Below, piece after piece: positions 18,219 through 28,282 of a stretch of DNA of 64,000 bases. The DNA comes from a virus, in the IMG/VR virus record IMGVR_UViG_3300020215_000051. One strand, given 5' to 3'. The number at the start of each line of letters is the position of its first letter. Positions within the stretch are counted from its first letter, which is position 1. Under the pieces are notes generated by a model. That model saw nothing but the letters and a program-made list of their open reading frames with translations. It did not search any database and was not told where the DNA came from. A program made the position numbers and the translations under genes.

Positions 18219-21200
18219 ATGCCAAATAATAATGACTTAATGGTATTCAATAAAGAAGGTCAGCCTGTCTATAGTAATCAACTCTCTACCGAAGAGCCTA
18301 ATATAGACACGCAACTTCTTCTTAATTTTAACCCCATGTCAGATCAATATGCACAAGATCTAGAGCAACAAATTACAATCATTAAATCAGGTCTTACAGG
18401 AGAAAACCCGGCCCAGGTTTATCAAAATACAAAAGCTTCATTAGATAAAGAAGCGGAGTTATCCTCAGCGATCTTACAGAAACAACAAAATGATTTGGTC
18501 GGTGTTGAGGAGTGGGTAAAACAAAGTTTCAATTCCAACAATACTGATTTATCCTTAGCTGTTGATGATGCTAAGTTGTTGTTAAAGGAGTATAAAGAAG
18601 AGCATCAAGGGCCCTTAGCTCCAGAACAGGCAGTCACAGATCAATTAAGTTCTGTAAAAGAATCTTTTGATTATAGAAAGCTAAGGGATCAAGCTATTCA
18701 ATCCCAACTTGCTTTAAGAAATGAATTAGGTAAAGCACTAGAAAAGTCTTCTGGATTAGATAAGTTAAAAGATTTAGCGGTTTATTTTCTTCCCTTTACA
18801 TTTAATAAAGATGCCAACGATTTTACAGGCGCTAACCTTCTTAACACCCCTGAGTCAGTTCAGAAAGTCGTATTACAATTACAATCCTTGTCCCCCGAAC
18901 GTCGTAAAGCATTAGCTCCAGCGTTAACAAAAATCATTATAGACTCTTCTGATGGTAACACAGCAGGTGCTGCTGCTTTAGCGAGCGCATTACTGGAACC
19001 CGGACAAGGCGCAAGCTCAAAGACGGATGCACGTGTTAACCAAATTTTTGATGCCTTGTCTGTATTAGGTGTTGGCGCTATAGGCAAGACTATTACTAAT
19101 TTATATAGAGCAGTAAGAACAGCTTCTAATACTGTTAAGATGGCAGAGGAACTAGGCAACAAAACTCTAGCATCTCAAATTAATGCTATTACTATTGCCG
19201 ATCCCAGTGGTGAGGCAGCCAAGGCAGCGGGCCTAACTGTTGAAAAAGTTATGCAGAATGCAGAGCCAATTGTGTTGCCTTTTGATAAGTCTGCTACGGT
19301 AGGGTTAGGTAAAGATACACAACAGTCCTTACTTAATTTCAGTAAAAAACTAGAAGAAGCTTATAAGCTTTTAACAACTGAAGGCGAAACAGTTAAACCA
19401 AAAGCTTTTGCTCCAGAAGAAGTAGAGCTTCTTGCTCAAAAAGAATTAAAAAGTTTTGAAACAAAAATCTTAGATGAATTTAACGGTGAAGCCGCGATTA
19501 ATAAAGCAGAAATACAACCTCTAGGAGATAACCAAGCCATTCTTAAGTTAGAAGTAGGTGTTGGCAACAAAGAAGTTAAATACTTTAATAAAGACTTTGT
19601 ATTAACTGAAAATGATATTAATGGGATGTTCGATTTAAGAGATGTCGCTCCTCTAAACAAAGCTCAAGAATTAGTACTTCCCTTCTTGAGCACAACAGCT
19701 AGAGTTGGATTAAATAACTTAGATATTTATGGTCAAGCTAACCGAGCCTATCTTGCTGAAATAAAAGCAAGACAAGTTATTGGCAATGTAGCTAAAGAAG
19801 CTTTCACTGGTTTGAATACGAAATCGCTGAACAAAATAGATCGTATTATGGAAGCAGGCGTTAAATATATTGATGAAACTGGAACGCGTGTTGGAAGAGA
19901 ATACACCCCAGGAGAATTGCGTGGGGGGATTGATACGGCTGAAGGCACTATTAGTCTAACCAATAAAGAAATAGAAGCTTATTACAAACAACGTTCTCTT
20001 TACGATTTCAGCTTTCAAATGGAGAATGATTTAGCTAGACGGGAATATCAATTAAAAGGTTTTAAATCCGCAACCATTAATGACGTTGCTTTAAAAGCCA
20101 AACCCTATGATTTATCTCTTGCTAAAGCAGAAGCTACTAAAGGAGAAGTAAAGCGGGTACTCAACACAACCACAAACACTATGGTAGACATAGAACGAAG
20201 TAATGAAGTGATTGAACAAGCATACCAGTCAGGACAACGTTTAGTTAAATTAAGTGAACCAATTGATTTATCTGCAACAAAAGGGCTTCTACAGAATGAA
20301 CGTGTTGTTTATGCTCTAGTCCCCGATCAAGTGATTAAAGACTTACCTAACCAAGTATTAGCTAAAGTTAAAGGCTATATACCTTCTCTCTATCGACGTA
20401 ATGAGTTCTTTGTTCATAAGTTTTCTAAGTATGCAGTAAATGGATCGGAAGGTGTAGACAAAGTTGCAGTACGAAGATTTGCCTCTAAAAAAAGAGCAGA
20501 ACAGTTTGCTGAAGAATTAAATAAGAAAGAATGGGATGGTACAGGCACACCTCCTTATCGCGTACTAGCAGATAGAGAGTTAACAGTCGAACAATCAATA
20601 GGAGATCAAGCAGTCTCTGGAAACCGCCCTATCTTTGGCCATAGAGCAGATAAAGAAATTGCATATGGTAAAGAAGCAAGAGACCCTGAATTATTACCTG
20701 CTTCAGAAATTCTGGCTCGCAACTTAGAGCACGTCGCTCGGTATTTTGGTAACAATGAAGTTCGAGTTAGCCGCCAACAACAATGGGTTAATACAGCTAA
20801 GGAAGCGGGATTTAATGTTAAATCTTTCTTTGACGATGTTCCATCCACTACACTCGAAGGCAAGAAGCTAAATGTATTGAAACAAGTTATAAACAAATGG
20901 AACGGAATTCCTACTCGAGATGAAAGAGTCTTTGCTGGCACAGTTCAATGGATACATGACTGGGCATTAGAAGGATTGAATCATATTCCAGGCTTTAAGA
21001 ATACCGAAGATCTGGGATTCTTAATCAACACTAAGTATGTTGATCCGGGTCAAGTTATTCGTTCTGCTAATTATCATATATTATTAGGGATGATGAACTT
21101 CTCTGCTGGTGTTGTACAGTTATCACAAGCAGCAGTCGCTCTTGCAGTGAATCCAACTAATTTTGGCAAGGCTTCGCGTCTCTCTATTCTTATGCGAGCA

Positions 21201-22652
21201 ATGGACATTCCTGAGAAAGCGGTAGGCAAGAAAATTATTTTAGATAGGTTACTAGCCTCCCCTCTATATAAGGATTTAAACAAAGACGCTGTTTCTCAAA
21301 TGTATAAATTGTGGGATAAGAGCGGTTATAAGTTTGCGGGTATGCACAATTCCATTTATGAATCTATGACCAAGGGGATTGGCATTTCATCCAATACCAT
21401 GAATAAGATTTTAAAAGGCGGTGAGTTCTTCTATCAAGAAGGTGTAGGCGCTTCTAACCGATATGCGTTTGTTAATGCTTTTTTAGAATGGCAAAAAGCA
21501 AATCCAGGTAAGGCTTTAACAGAAGCAGGAGAAAAATGGATTCTGGCCAGAACAGATCGCGATCTCTTTCATATGTTAAATATGGATCGAGGGCATATAT
21601 ACGAAGGAGTGTTCTCTATTCCTCTACAATTCTCTCAAATCTTAATTAAGACAGGTGAGGCATTAATAGGTAGAGAATATACGGCTTATGAAAAATTGAA
21701 GATGATGTCTGGACAATTAACTCTGTTTGGTATGTCTGGTATGCCTTTAGGAGATCGTTTAGTTGATGGTATGTATAGGCAGTACGGTGTAGAACCTTCT
21801 TTGTTAGAAGGCAAAGATCGTGCTAAATATAAAGCTTTAACGGGGGGTATGTTAGAAGCAATCCCTTATATTTTCTTCAATGCAGACTTAGATATTTCTA
21901 AACGTGCAGGACTATTAAATGGTCTAGGTATTTGGGCTATTGATACCATCACTGATGATCGTCCTTTGTGGATGCAGTTTACAGGCCCCTTCAAAACAAC
22001 TCTCCCCCGCTTCCTAGATGCTGGTAAAGCGCTAGCGGATTTTTCTTTAAATGCCATCTCTAAGTTGAGTATTGATAAAGTAGATCTTTATATCGCAGCA
22101 GAGGAGTTGCTGAAATTACCTAGTAGCACTCGTAATGTTTTGATGGCAATTGATATGGCAAGGACAGGTAAAGTATTTAATGCTAAAGGGCAAGTTATCG
22201 CAGACGACTTTACAACAGCAGAAATATTAGCTACAGCAACCGGCTTTAAACCTAGCAAGATTCGTGAAGGATATACATTAACTAAATATAATTATTTATC
22301 AGACGACGAAATAAAAGCGGTTGCTGATGAAGTCATGTATCAATGGTCACAGATGGCTAAATATTATGACGACCCTTCTGATCCTTCTTTAATAGCCCGT
22401 GCTAAATCAACAATTGCTAAACGTATGCAACAATTATCCGTTCCAGAACAACAACGGCTTCTTAACAAATTAAAGTATCGTATTAGTCATCCCGTTAACA
22501 AATATGACTCCGCAGTAGAGAAATTCATTAAACAACAAATCCCTTCCAAGATGGTTAAAGGATTAGAAGAAGACGGAGAATCCCTGAAGAAAAAAGGATT
22601 CATTGATGAGCGATCTCTAAAAGAACATTTCGGTAATATACTCGATAAATAG
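18219..22652 (+). CDS. Large internal virion/ejection protein (1477 aa)
   Basis: Size, helical composition, position. Confidence 0.7.
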   Translation: MPNNNDLMVFNKEGQPVYSNQLSTEEPNIDTQLLLNFNPMSDQYAQDLEQQITIIKSGLTGENPAQVYQNTKASLDKEAELSSAILQKQQNDLVGVEEWVKQSFNSNNTDLSLAVDDAKLLLKEYKEEHQGPLAPEQAVTDQLSSVKESFDYRKLRDQAIQSQLALRNELGKALEKSSGLDKLKDLAVYFLPFTFNKDANDFTGANLLNTPESVQKVVLQLQSLSPERRKALAPALTKIIIDSSDGNTAGAAALASALLEPGQGASSKTDARVNQIFDALSVLGVGAIGKTITNLYRAVRTASNTVKMAEELGNKTLASQINAITIADPSGEAAKAAGLTVEKVMQNAEPIVLPFDKSATVGLGKDTQQSLLNFSKKLEEAYKLLTTEGETVKPKAFAPEEVELLAQKELKSFETKILDEFNGEAAINKAEIQPLGDNQAILKLEVGVGNKEVKYFNKDFVLTENDINGMFDLRDVAPLNKAQELVLPFLSTTARVGLNNLDIYGQANRAYLAEIKARQVIGNVAKEAFTGLNTKSLNKIDRIMEAGVKYIDETGTRVGREYTPGELRGGIDTAEGTISLTNKEIEAYYKQRSLYDFSFQMENDLARREYQLKGFKSATINDVALKAKPYDLSLAKAEATKGEVKRVLNTTTNTMVDIERSNEVIEQAYQSGQRLVKLSEPIDLSATKGLLQNERVVYALVPDQVIKDLPNQVLAKVKGYIPSLYRRNEFFVHKFSKYAVNGSEGVDKVAVRRFASKKRAEQFAEELNKKEWDGTGTPPYRVLADRELTVEQSIGDQAVSGNRPIFGHRADKEIAYGKEARDPELLPASEILARNLEHVARYFGNNEVRVSRQQQWVNTAKEAGFNVKSFFDDVPSTTLEGKKLNVLKQVINKWNGIPTRDERVFAGTVQWIHDWALEGLNHIPGFKNTEDLGFLINTKYVDPGQVIRSANYHILLGMMNFSAGVVQLSQAAVALAVNPTNFGKASRLSILMRAMDIPEKAVGKKIILDRLLASPLYKDLNKDAVSQMYKLWDKSGYKFAGMHNSIYESMTKGIGISSNTMNKILKGGEFFYQEGVGASNRYAFVNAFLEWQKANPGKALTEAGEKWILARTDRDLFHMLNMDRGHIYEGVFSIPLQFSQILIKTGEALIGREYTAYEKLKMMSGQLTLFGMSGMPLGDRLVDGMYRQYGVEPSLLEGKDRAKYKALTGGMLEAIPYIFFNADLDISKRAGLLNGLGIWAIDTITDDRPLWMQFTGPFKTTLPRFLDAGKALADFSLNAISKLSIDKVDLYIAAEELLKLPSSTRNVLMAIDMARTGKVFNAKGQVIADDFTTAEILATATGFKPSKIREGYTLTKYNYLSDDEIKAVADEVMYQWSQMAKYYDDPSDPSLIARAKSTIAKRMQQLSVPEQQRLLNKLKYRISHPVNKYDSAVEKFIKQQIPSKMVKGLEEDGESLKKKGFIDERSLKEHFGNILDK

Positions 22653-22661
22653 GTAACCCAC

Positions 22662-24383
22662 ATGGTAGATTTTTCAAAAGACTTAGGTGATAACTATCCT
22701 TTTGCAAATAAACAAGCAGATACGACAGGCGGCACAGAAGAGTTGATTGCAGCACAGTCCGCTTCTATACAAGCACAAGCCGATTCTATCAACGCCAGGA
22801 ATGCAGGGAATGCTGCTTCTGGTCTAGGTAGCATATTTAAGATAGCGGAAGAAGCCTCTAAAAAAACTAATTCACAAGGAATAGATCTTAATAAGAATCC
22901 GATTCTATCTGCTGCACGAGATGAATTTGCTTTGTTAAAAGGATTAAAAGATCAAGGGCGCTCTAGTTCAGCCTCTGTGGGACTAAGAGCAGAAGCCGCT
23001 TTAAAGAAATATATTAACCAGGCCCCTGCTTTAGCCCCAGAATTAAGGAACCTAGCGAGAACAGAGGTTGCATTTGACCCCTTGGGACAATCGTTAGGTA
23101 TATCGTTACCAAAAGCGAAACAAGCATCTCCTATAGAAACATTAGCGCAACAATACAATCTCTCTATGCCGGATGCCAGTAAAATATACCGAGACGCTGT
23201 GTTCGCTGAACAAAAGAATACTTTCACTTTAGGTAGAATGATTGATGGAGAAATTCCCTTTGCTGTTAATGGGGATCTCTCAGAAGACGCAAAAGATCTT
23301 CTACATAGTAGCGTTGCTAGCTCCATTAAACAGGGCATTGCTCCTATTCTAAATGGTCGAACCACTCTATCTGAAGAAGATAACTTAGCCATGGCTACTA
23401 ATCTACAAACTTCATTAACCCAGCTAAAATCAAAACTGATGGAAACATTTAATGTAAAACAATCAGTTACTGGCATTCCTGTAAGCGATGCTGAAAAGAA
23501 TTTAGCGATGGAAAAAATAAATGAAGCATATGACCCACTAATCCAATTTGTTAAATCGGGCGGCATGGCAGAATTAAATAACACTTCTTTAAGTAAATTG
23601 TCCGGTAGAGAATTAGTGTTTGCAATGAATGATGTAGCTAATGTTTCTAAAGCTATCACTATGTCAGATGCAAACCCGCAGTTTGTAGGTGCTTATGTTG
23701 ATAACTCAGTTAAGTTATCTAGAACCGCAGAAGAATTAAAGAAACCTCAGAATGCCATTAAAGCGTCTGCCATTGATGTTAAGAAAATACAAGAAGAAAA
23801 TATTAATACCTTACAAGATATAAAGACGGGGACTGTCCGTAAAGGAAGTGATGCACAACAACAAATGGCTATTGTGAATAATGCTATTAACTACATGACC
23901 AGCTCTAAACTATCCGATCAAGAAAGATTAAATGCATTTAGGTTACTACAAGCTAATATGCCAGAAGGCAAGGTATTAGCCGCCTTTGATAACGTCGATA
24001 CTGAGGCCGCTGTACGTAGCAATGCTATGATCAAAGAACAATTCCGTAACCAGTTTGCGAGTGATGAGGCTGCTACTCTTCTGAGACTACGTGAAAATAT
24101 GGCTACCCTAGAAAAAGAGGGTTATACATTCCATGTGGAAGACGGAACGATTAAAGGAGCATATCAAGGAGGTAAAGGACTTACCAGAGACATTATGCAA
24201 CAGGTGTCCGGTACAGAAAGGCTTGTTGCCCGTGGTATCACAGACGAGTTGCCTAAATTAATAAAGATAGCCCAACGCTATTATGATGTATTGGGATTTA
24301 AATCTCCTAAAGAATACGAAGAAGATGTATATAAACAACTCCTCACTAATAAAGAGGCTGGTCAATCCACAAACCCAAAGTAA
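22662..24383 (+). CDS. Internal virion protein (573 aa), possibly with a -1 frameshift extension
   Basis: Helical Ala/Gln-rich protein; ends C CCA AAG TAA. Confidence 0.7.
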   Translation: MVDFSKDLGDNYPFANKQADTTGGTEELIAAQSASIQAQADSINARNAGNAASGLGSIFKIAEEASKKTNSQGIDLNKNPILSAARDEFALLKGLKDQGRSSSASVGLRAEAALKKYINQAPALAPELRNLARTEVAFDPLGQSLGISLPKAKQASPIETLAQQYNLSMPDASKIYRDAVFAEQKNTFTLGRMIDGEIPFAVNGDLSEDAKDLLHSSVASSIKQGIAPILNGRTTLSEEDNLAMATNLQTSLTQLKSKLMETFNVKQSVTGIPVSDAEKNLAMEKINEAYDPLIQFVKSGGMAELNNTSLSKLSGRELVFAMNDVANVSKAITMSDANPQFVGAYVDNSVKLSRTAEELKKPQNAIKASAIDVKKIQEENINTLQDIKTGTVRKGSDAQQQMAIVNNAINYMTSSKLSDQERLNAFRLLQANMPEGKVLAAFDNVDTEAAVRSNAMIKEQFRNQFASDEAATLLRLRENMATLEKEGYTFHVEDGTIKGAYQGGKGLTRDIMQQVSGTERLVARGITDELPKLIKIAQRYYDVLGFKSPKEYEEDVYKQLLTNKEAGQSTNPK

Positions 24384-24484
24384 GCTCTACTCAGGCTGAT
24401 GAAGATGAGCCTGTAGATTCTTCTGAACCAGACGATATATTAGACTTATCTAATCCAGACACCCTTCCTAATGGCCCCTTTTAA
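24374..24484 (+). other. Candidate -1 frameshift site and 34-aa extension
   Basis: X XXY YYZ heptamer C CCA AAG (24374-24380) directly before TAA; -1 frame encodes VSSTQADEDEPVDSSEPDDILDLSNPDTLPNGPF, stop at 24482-24484. Confidence 0.5.
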
Positions 24485-24639
24485 TATTTAACCTTCCGAT
24501 CTCAACTGTTAGCACTATCTGATTTAATTCTACGTAAAGACTTTATTTAACATAAACCTGATCCTCCTTTCCTTTACTTAAGAATATGGATAACCAGATA
24601 TCAATATTGGTTGAGATCCTTCATTTGTAGTAATTAATT

Positions 24640-25071
24640 ATGCCCACTAAAAACAAAGCCTTCCTCAGCTTAGATGAGGATTTTCAACCTATTGTATGGG
24701 ATATTCTAGTATCCCTAGAATTAAAAGGATGGCAACCAACCGTGGTAGAAGGCCGTAGGACTATCGAACAACAGAAAGAAAAGGTAAGACGTGGTGTGAG
24801 TAAGACGATGAAGTCTTATCACCTATCTGGCAATGCGGCAGATATTTGTGATGTACGATATATGTGGAATATATCAAACGTACATCCATTCTGGTGGGCT
24901 TTATACCAAGCTGCTAAGAAGGTACCGATAGAAAATGGCAGACTACGCTGTGGGATTATATGGGATCATCCAGAGAGAGAAGCTATTTATAAGAAAGCAT
25001 TAGATGAAAAAAAACCAGCTCTAGTAAACTGGTTTGCTGATGTGGCGCATGTAGAGATTCATTGGGATTGA
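24640..25071 (+). CDS. Endolysin, M15-family Zn peptidase
   Basis: EGRRTIEQQ...SYHLSGNAADI...DVAHVE motifs. Confidence 0.8.
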   Translation: MPTKNKAFLSLDEDFQPIVWDILVSLELKGWQPTVVEGRRTIEQQKEKVRRGVSKTMKSYHLSGNAADICDVRYMWNISNVHPFWWALYQAAKKVPIENGRLRCGIIWDHPEREAIYKKALDEKKPALVNWFADVAHVEIHWD

Positions 25072-25132
25072 TTATCCCCCCTCTCTAATTGCATCTACAC
25101 TTCTTTGAAGCTCTTCTGCTTTTTCTATTATT

Positions 25133-25564
25133 TTATTGTGGATGTCTAGCATAATATTCCTCCGCTAGCTCTGGATTTTCATAGATATTGCCTATAACTT
25201 CACAATGCCAATAATCGCCTGCGTATCCTTGTACCGCAGAATCATGTCCTGTTATAGATGGAACAACAGATTTATATGGTTCCTTAGTATATTGATCTAG
25301 ATAAATTGCGTGTTGTAATATATCTCCCTCATATATTTCCTTTTCGTTCATATCTTTTAATCCTGTGTATTGTAATAGTATCGACAACGAGTCATCTAGC
25401 CACTCATGTCCCCCATCAAAAATTGGGTAAAACACTTCATAACTCCACCTCGATCCATGGAAATGAATTTCGACATCGTCATAAAACATTTTCTTTAATT
25501 TTTTGTGCCAAACCCTAAACTTGAACTCTTTCATATTATTTCTCCCGTAGCTCTGGATTCTCAT
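25133..25564 (-). CDS. YopX-family protein (start probably MKEFKFRVW)
   Basis: KFRVW...QYTGLKDMNEKEIYEGDI...EVIGNIYENPEL. Confidence 0.88.
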   Translation of the reverse strand: MRIQSYGRNNMKEFKFRVWHKKLKKMFYDDVEIHFHGSRWSYEVFYPIFDGGHEWLDDSLSILLQYTGLKDMNEKEIYEGDILQHAIYLDQYTKEPYKSVVPSITGHDSAVQGYAGDYWHCEVIGNIYENPELAEEYYARHPQ

Positions 25565-25886
25565 AGATATTACCTATTACTTCTACCTCTAAAATCTCTA
25601 AAAATGTAAACTCCTCTTTACCAAACACAAAGCCTGCCGTATCGGTATCATAGTGGACTACGTCTATATACTTATTCATGTATTCAGAACCTTCCCCGTA
25701 ATTATGAAGAAAGCTAGCTATATCCCCTTCATAAATTTCTTTCTCATTCTTATCTTTTAGCCCTGTGTATTGCCGTGCAATGTATTCTTCATTATCATTG
25801 TAATGTTCCAACAAGTGTTCCAAATCAGAGGGGATACACATCTCTTGTGTTGATTTGCGCCAAACCATAAACTTAATTTCTCTCAT
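25536..25886 (-). CDS. YopX-family protein (start MREIKF at 25886)
   Basis: QYTGLKDKNEKEIYEGDI...EVIGNIYENPEL; GGAGG RBS before the 25886 ATG. Confidence 0.85.
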   Translation of the reverse strand: MREIKFMVWRKSTQEMCIPSDLEHLLEHYNDNEEYIARQYTGLKDKNEKEIYEGDIASFLHNYGEGSEYMNKYIDVVHYDTDTAGFVFGKEEFTFLEILEVEVIGNIYENPELREK

Positions 25887-25929
25887 ACATCCTCCAACTT
25901 GTAAATTGCGGCATCCACCACACCCCAAT

Positions 25930-26097
25930 CTACTGTGACCAATCAATAAATTCTAATTCTTCATCTGGGAATGCTTTTTGCATTACCTGTTTAAAATCTT
26001 CAAAAGAATTTGTATTTTCATAACCCTCACTATAAGGCCCCATCCCGTCATGATGGTAATAATATCCGCCGTCCCTATACCCATAATAGATTTGCAT
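25930..26097 (-). CDS. Small hypothetical protein (55 aa), not in the ORF track
   Basis: MQIYYGYRDGGYYYHHDGMGPYSEGYENTNSFEDFKQVMQKAFPDEELEFIDWSQ; weak RBS. Confidence 0.5.
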   Translation of the reverse strand: MQIYYGYRDGGYYYHHDGMGPYSEGYENTNSFEDFKQVMQKAFPDEELEFIDWSQ

Positions 26098-26120
26098 TTA
26101 ATAATCTCTTAAACAATCCC

Positions 26121-26350
26121 TTGTGGTAAATTTGTGGGGATACGGGTACTTCTCAGTATCCCAATTGAGCAAATTTCTAGCAGGCTGCTCACTTAATTAT
26201 TAATAAAATCAACAAGTTGTTAAATTACTTCCCTGACTGTTAATCATTAGGTCACTGGTTCGAGTCCAGTTCGGGGAGCCAATAGAATCAATAGCTTCCC
26301 AATATTTGCACGACTTCTCCTTCATCTTGTGTGGGAATTTTGTGGTAATC
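26121..26350. other. attP region with putative arm-type sites
   Basis: TTGTGG-type repeats on both sides of the core (26121-26140, 26327-26350); AATCAACAAGTT / AATCAATAGCTT flank the core; integrase stop lies 7 nt from the core. Confidence 0.75.
26234..26281 (+). tRNA. 3' half of tRNA-Asn(GTT), the attP core; not an intact tRNA
   Basis: TGA-CTGTTAA-TCA anticodon arm, variable loop, CTGG-TTCGAGT-CCAG T-arm, TCGGGGA-G-CCA; no 5' acceptor strand or D-arm upstream. Confidence 0.88.
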
Positions 26351-27436
26351 CCTTCGTCTTAACTCAGACAACCGTTTTAACTCCCACACATTTAAATCTC
26401 CACTATCCTTATCTCGATTCAGCGCCTTTTCCGCCGCATCAATCAAGTTAGTCAATCTAGCAACACTATAATGATCAGACATGTCTCCAGTTGTATGACC
26501 TAATAAGTCATGTCTATCTGCATTGCTTACTCCCGCCGCTCTTAATCTTTCACCAAACGTATGTCTTAAATCATGGATACGTACAGGTAGATTTAATTTG
26601 CGTCTAGCCGACTGCCAAGCATTGTTATTTAAACCGTAGATTCTATTTCCCTCTAACGTAAATACATACTCTGGATGTTGGCCCCTCATTGACTCTATAA
26701 TTGACTTAGCTACATTATTAAGGACTACTATATGGTCTCTTCCATTCTTCATATCTTTACCTGGAATAATGAAAATAGAAGTGTTTAAACCTGGTATGGG
26801 AATTTCCCACTCCCATCTTAGACCACACACATTCTGATCTCGTAGCCCTGTATTAACAGCAAACAAACACATCTTGCGTAGATAACTTGGAAGAAGCATA
26901 AATAGACTATCTTGCTGCTCCCAACTTAACGGATAAGGCTCCCTCGCATCATTTTGTTCTAACCGATCAATTTTCGGAGCGTGCTCTAACCAAGTTAAAC
27001 CATTCTCTTTCCATTTTACAGCACGATTCAGAACATATTGAGCTAAGCTAAGTCCTATATTAATAGTTCTAGTCTTACAACCAGCTTTCTTTTTATCCTC
27101 CTTGTATTTACCAAATGTTTCAGTTGATATCTTATCTAATGAAACACTCCCAATATAAGGTAATAATCTTTTAAGCTGAATAGCTACCCATTTAATACTA
27201 CGTAGATGTTTCTTTTCTACAATATACCTTGCGGCTGCTTCTTCGAATGTACGTGTAGGACGAATCCCATAAATCTCCGTCTTACGTATCTCTTCCAAGC
27301 GAAAGATTAAATATTTTTCCGCTTCTTTGAGAATACTTGTTCCAGTGCTTTCTCGAATACGCCTGCCGTCGAGCATTTTTTCAATCCACCAGGTCCCATT
27401 CCTTTGAATGAGTCCTGGCATACGTTTGTGTGCCAT
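26288..27436 (-). CDS. int: Tyrosine integrase
   Basis: NTGLRDQN, HDLRHTFG, LLGH...HY catalytic motifs; GGAGGT RBS. Confidence 0.95.
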   Translation of the reverse strand: MAHKRMPGLIQRNGTWWIEKMLDGRRIRESTGTSILKEAEKYLIFRLEEIRKTEIYGIRPTRTFEEAAARYIVEKKHLRSIKWVAIQLKRLLPYIGSVSLDKISTETFGKYKEDKKKAGCKTRTINIGLSLAQYVLNRAVKWKENGLTWLEHAPKIDRLEQNDAREPYPLSWEQQDSLFMLLPSYLRKMCLFAVNTGLRDQNVCGLRWEWEIPIPGLNTSIFIIPGKDMKNGRDHIVVLNNVAKSIIESMRGQHPEYVFTLEGNRIYGLNNNAWQSARRKLNLPVRIHDLRHTFGERLRAAGVSNADRHDLLGHTTGDMSDHYSVARLTNLIDAAEKALNRDKDSGDLNVWELKRLSELRRRDYHKIPTQDEGEVVQILGSY

Positions 27437-27666
27437 TGTTTACCTCCTATAGAAGCCAATGGAGCACGCCCGCTAGAGGCCTTAGTATACTCCACCCACT
27501 GATCTAAATCTAGCCTATCAAACGCAACTCCTCTCTTTCCTATACTAAATTCTGGGATTTGATTCCTAACCACTAGATTAAACTCCCTCCGGCACATCCC
27601 AAGATAAGCAGGGGCGTCTCGCAATCTTATGACTCTAGGAACGATGGTTGTCATACACTTTTCCAA
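27307..27666 (-). CDS. Excisionase/AlpA-like DNA-binding protein
   Basis: RVIRLRDAPAYLGM...FDRLDLDQWVE; directly upstream of and overlapping int. Confidence 0.7.
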   Translation of the reverse strand: MEKCMTTIVPRVIRLRDAPAYLGMCRREFNLVVRNQIPEFSIGKRGVAFDRLDLDQWVEYTKASSGRAPLASIGGKQWHTNVCQDSFKGMGPGGLKKCSTAGVFEKALEQVFSKKRKNI

Positions 27667-28172
27667 TTACAAACATAATTAACTTTCTTTTTGACCCAAT
27701 CATATAATAGATATTTAAAATCATATTCATCCATAATTTCATCTTTAATATGTGGCCATTTCTTTACTGCTATAAAAGTAATAATGTTAAATACAAGCCT
27801 TTGATAACGGTAAAATAACCTAGAAAGTCCACATTTTCTTGCTATAGCAGTAATAAAATCATCTATTACCCTAAACAGCCCAACTTGGTAGGTATGTCCT
27901 TCTGGAAAATATTTACGAATGGATTTATGAGGTTTTTTAGTAACCGTAGGGCCAGGATAATTTAGCCAAAGACGTCCTGGATAAATAAGTCCATATATAC
28001 CTTCGTTATAACCCAAATACTCCAATCGCATCGTTCCATATTTCTCTTTCGTATGAACACACAACCTTGCCCATCGCTTAAGATTGACATCGAAAAATCG
28101 ACATGCTTTATATAGAGCATCCCAATCAAAATTTTCCTCGCCCCAGTAATGTTTAGTCATAGTCTCACTCAT
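27651..28172 (-). CDS. Hypothetical protein
   Basis: Tiles the operon; KEKYGTMR motif; aromatic/basic composition. Confidence 0.6.
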   Translation of the reverse strand: MSETMTKHYWGEENFDWDALYKACRFFDVNLKRWARLCVHTKEKYGTMRLEYLGYNEGIYGLIYPGRLWLNYPGPTVTKKPHKSIRKYFPEGHTYQVGLFRVIDDFITAIARKCGLSRLFYRYQRLVFNIITFIAVKKWPHIKDEIMDEYDFKYLLYDWVKKKVNYVCNWKSV

Positions 28173-28281
28173 GCATAGCCATTATCGAAATAATCCCGAA
28201 TAGAATTACTGCCATCAATCCTATGATTCCCATTACTACAAAAAAATTCACAATCTCTACCACAAGAATTGTTGAGTCCAT
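28165..28281 (-). CDS. Small membrane protein (38 aa), not in the ORF track
   Basis: MDSTILVVEIVNFFVVMGIIGLMAVILFGIISIMAMHE; tiles between neighbours. Confidence 0.5.
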   Translation of the reverse strand: MDSTILVVEIVNFFVVMGIIGLMAVILFGIISIMAMHE

Positions 28282-28282
28282 A

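Noticed and set aside
2252-23659. Antisense ORFs within the structural genes (e.g. 2252-2572, 2654-3190, 4635-5255, 12708-13292, 22952-23659)
   Set aside because: Typical open antisense frames of Thr/Ala/Leu-rich genes, with no RBS or protein-like features.
26200-26281. Complete phage tRNA-Asn gene
   Set aside because: 5' acceptor strand and D-arm are missing; fits an attP core.
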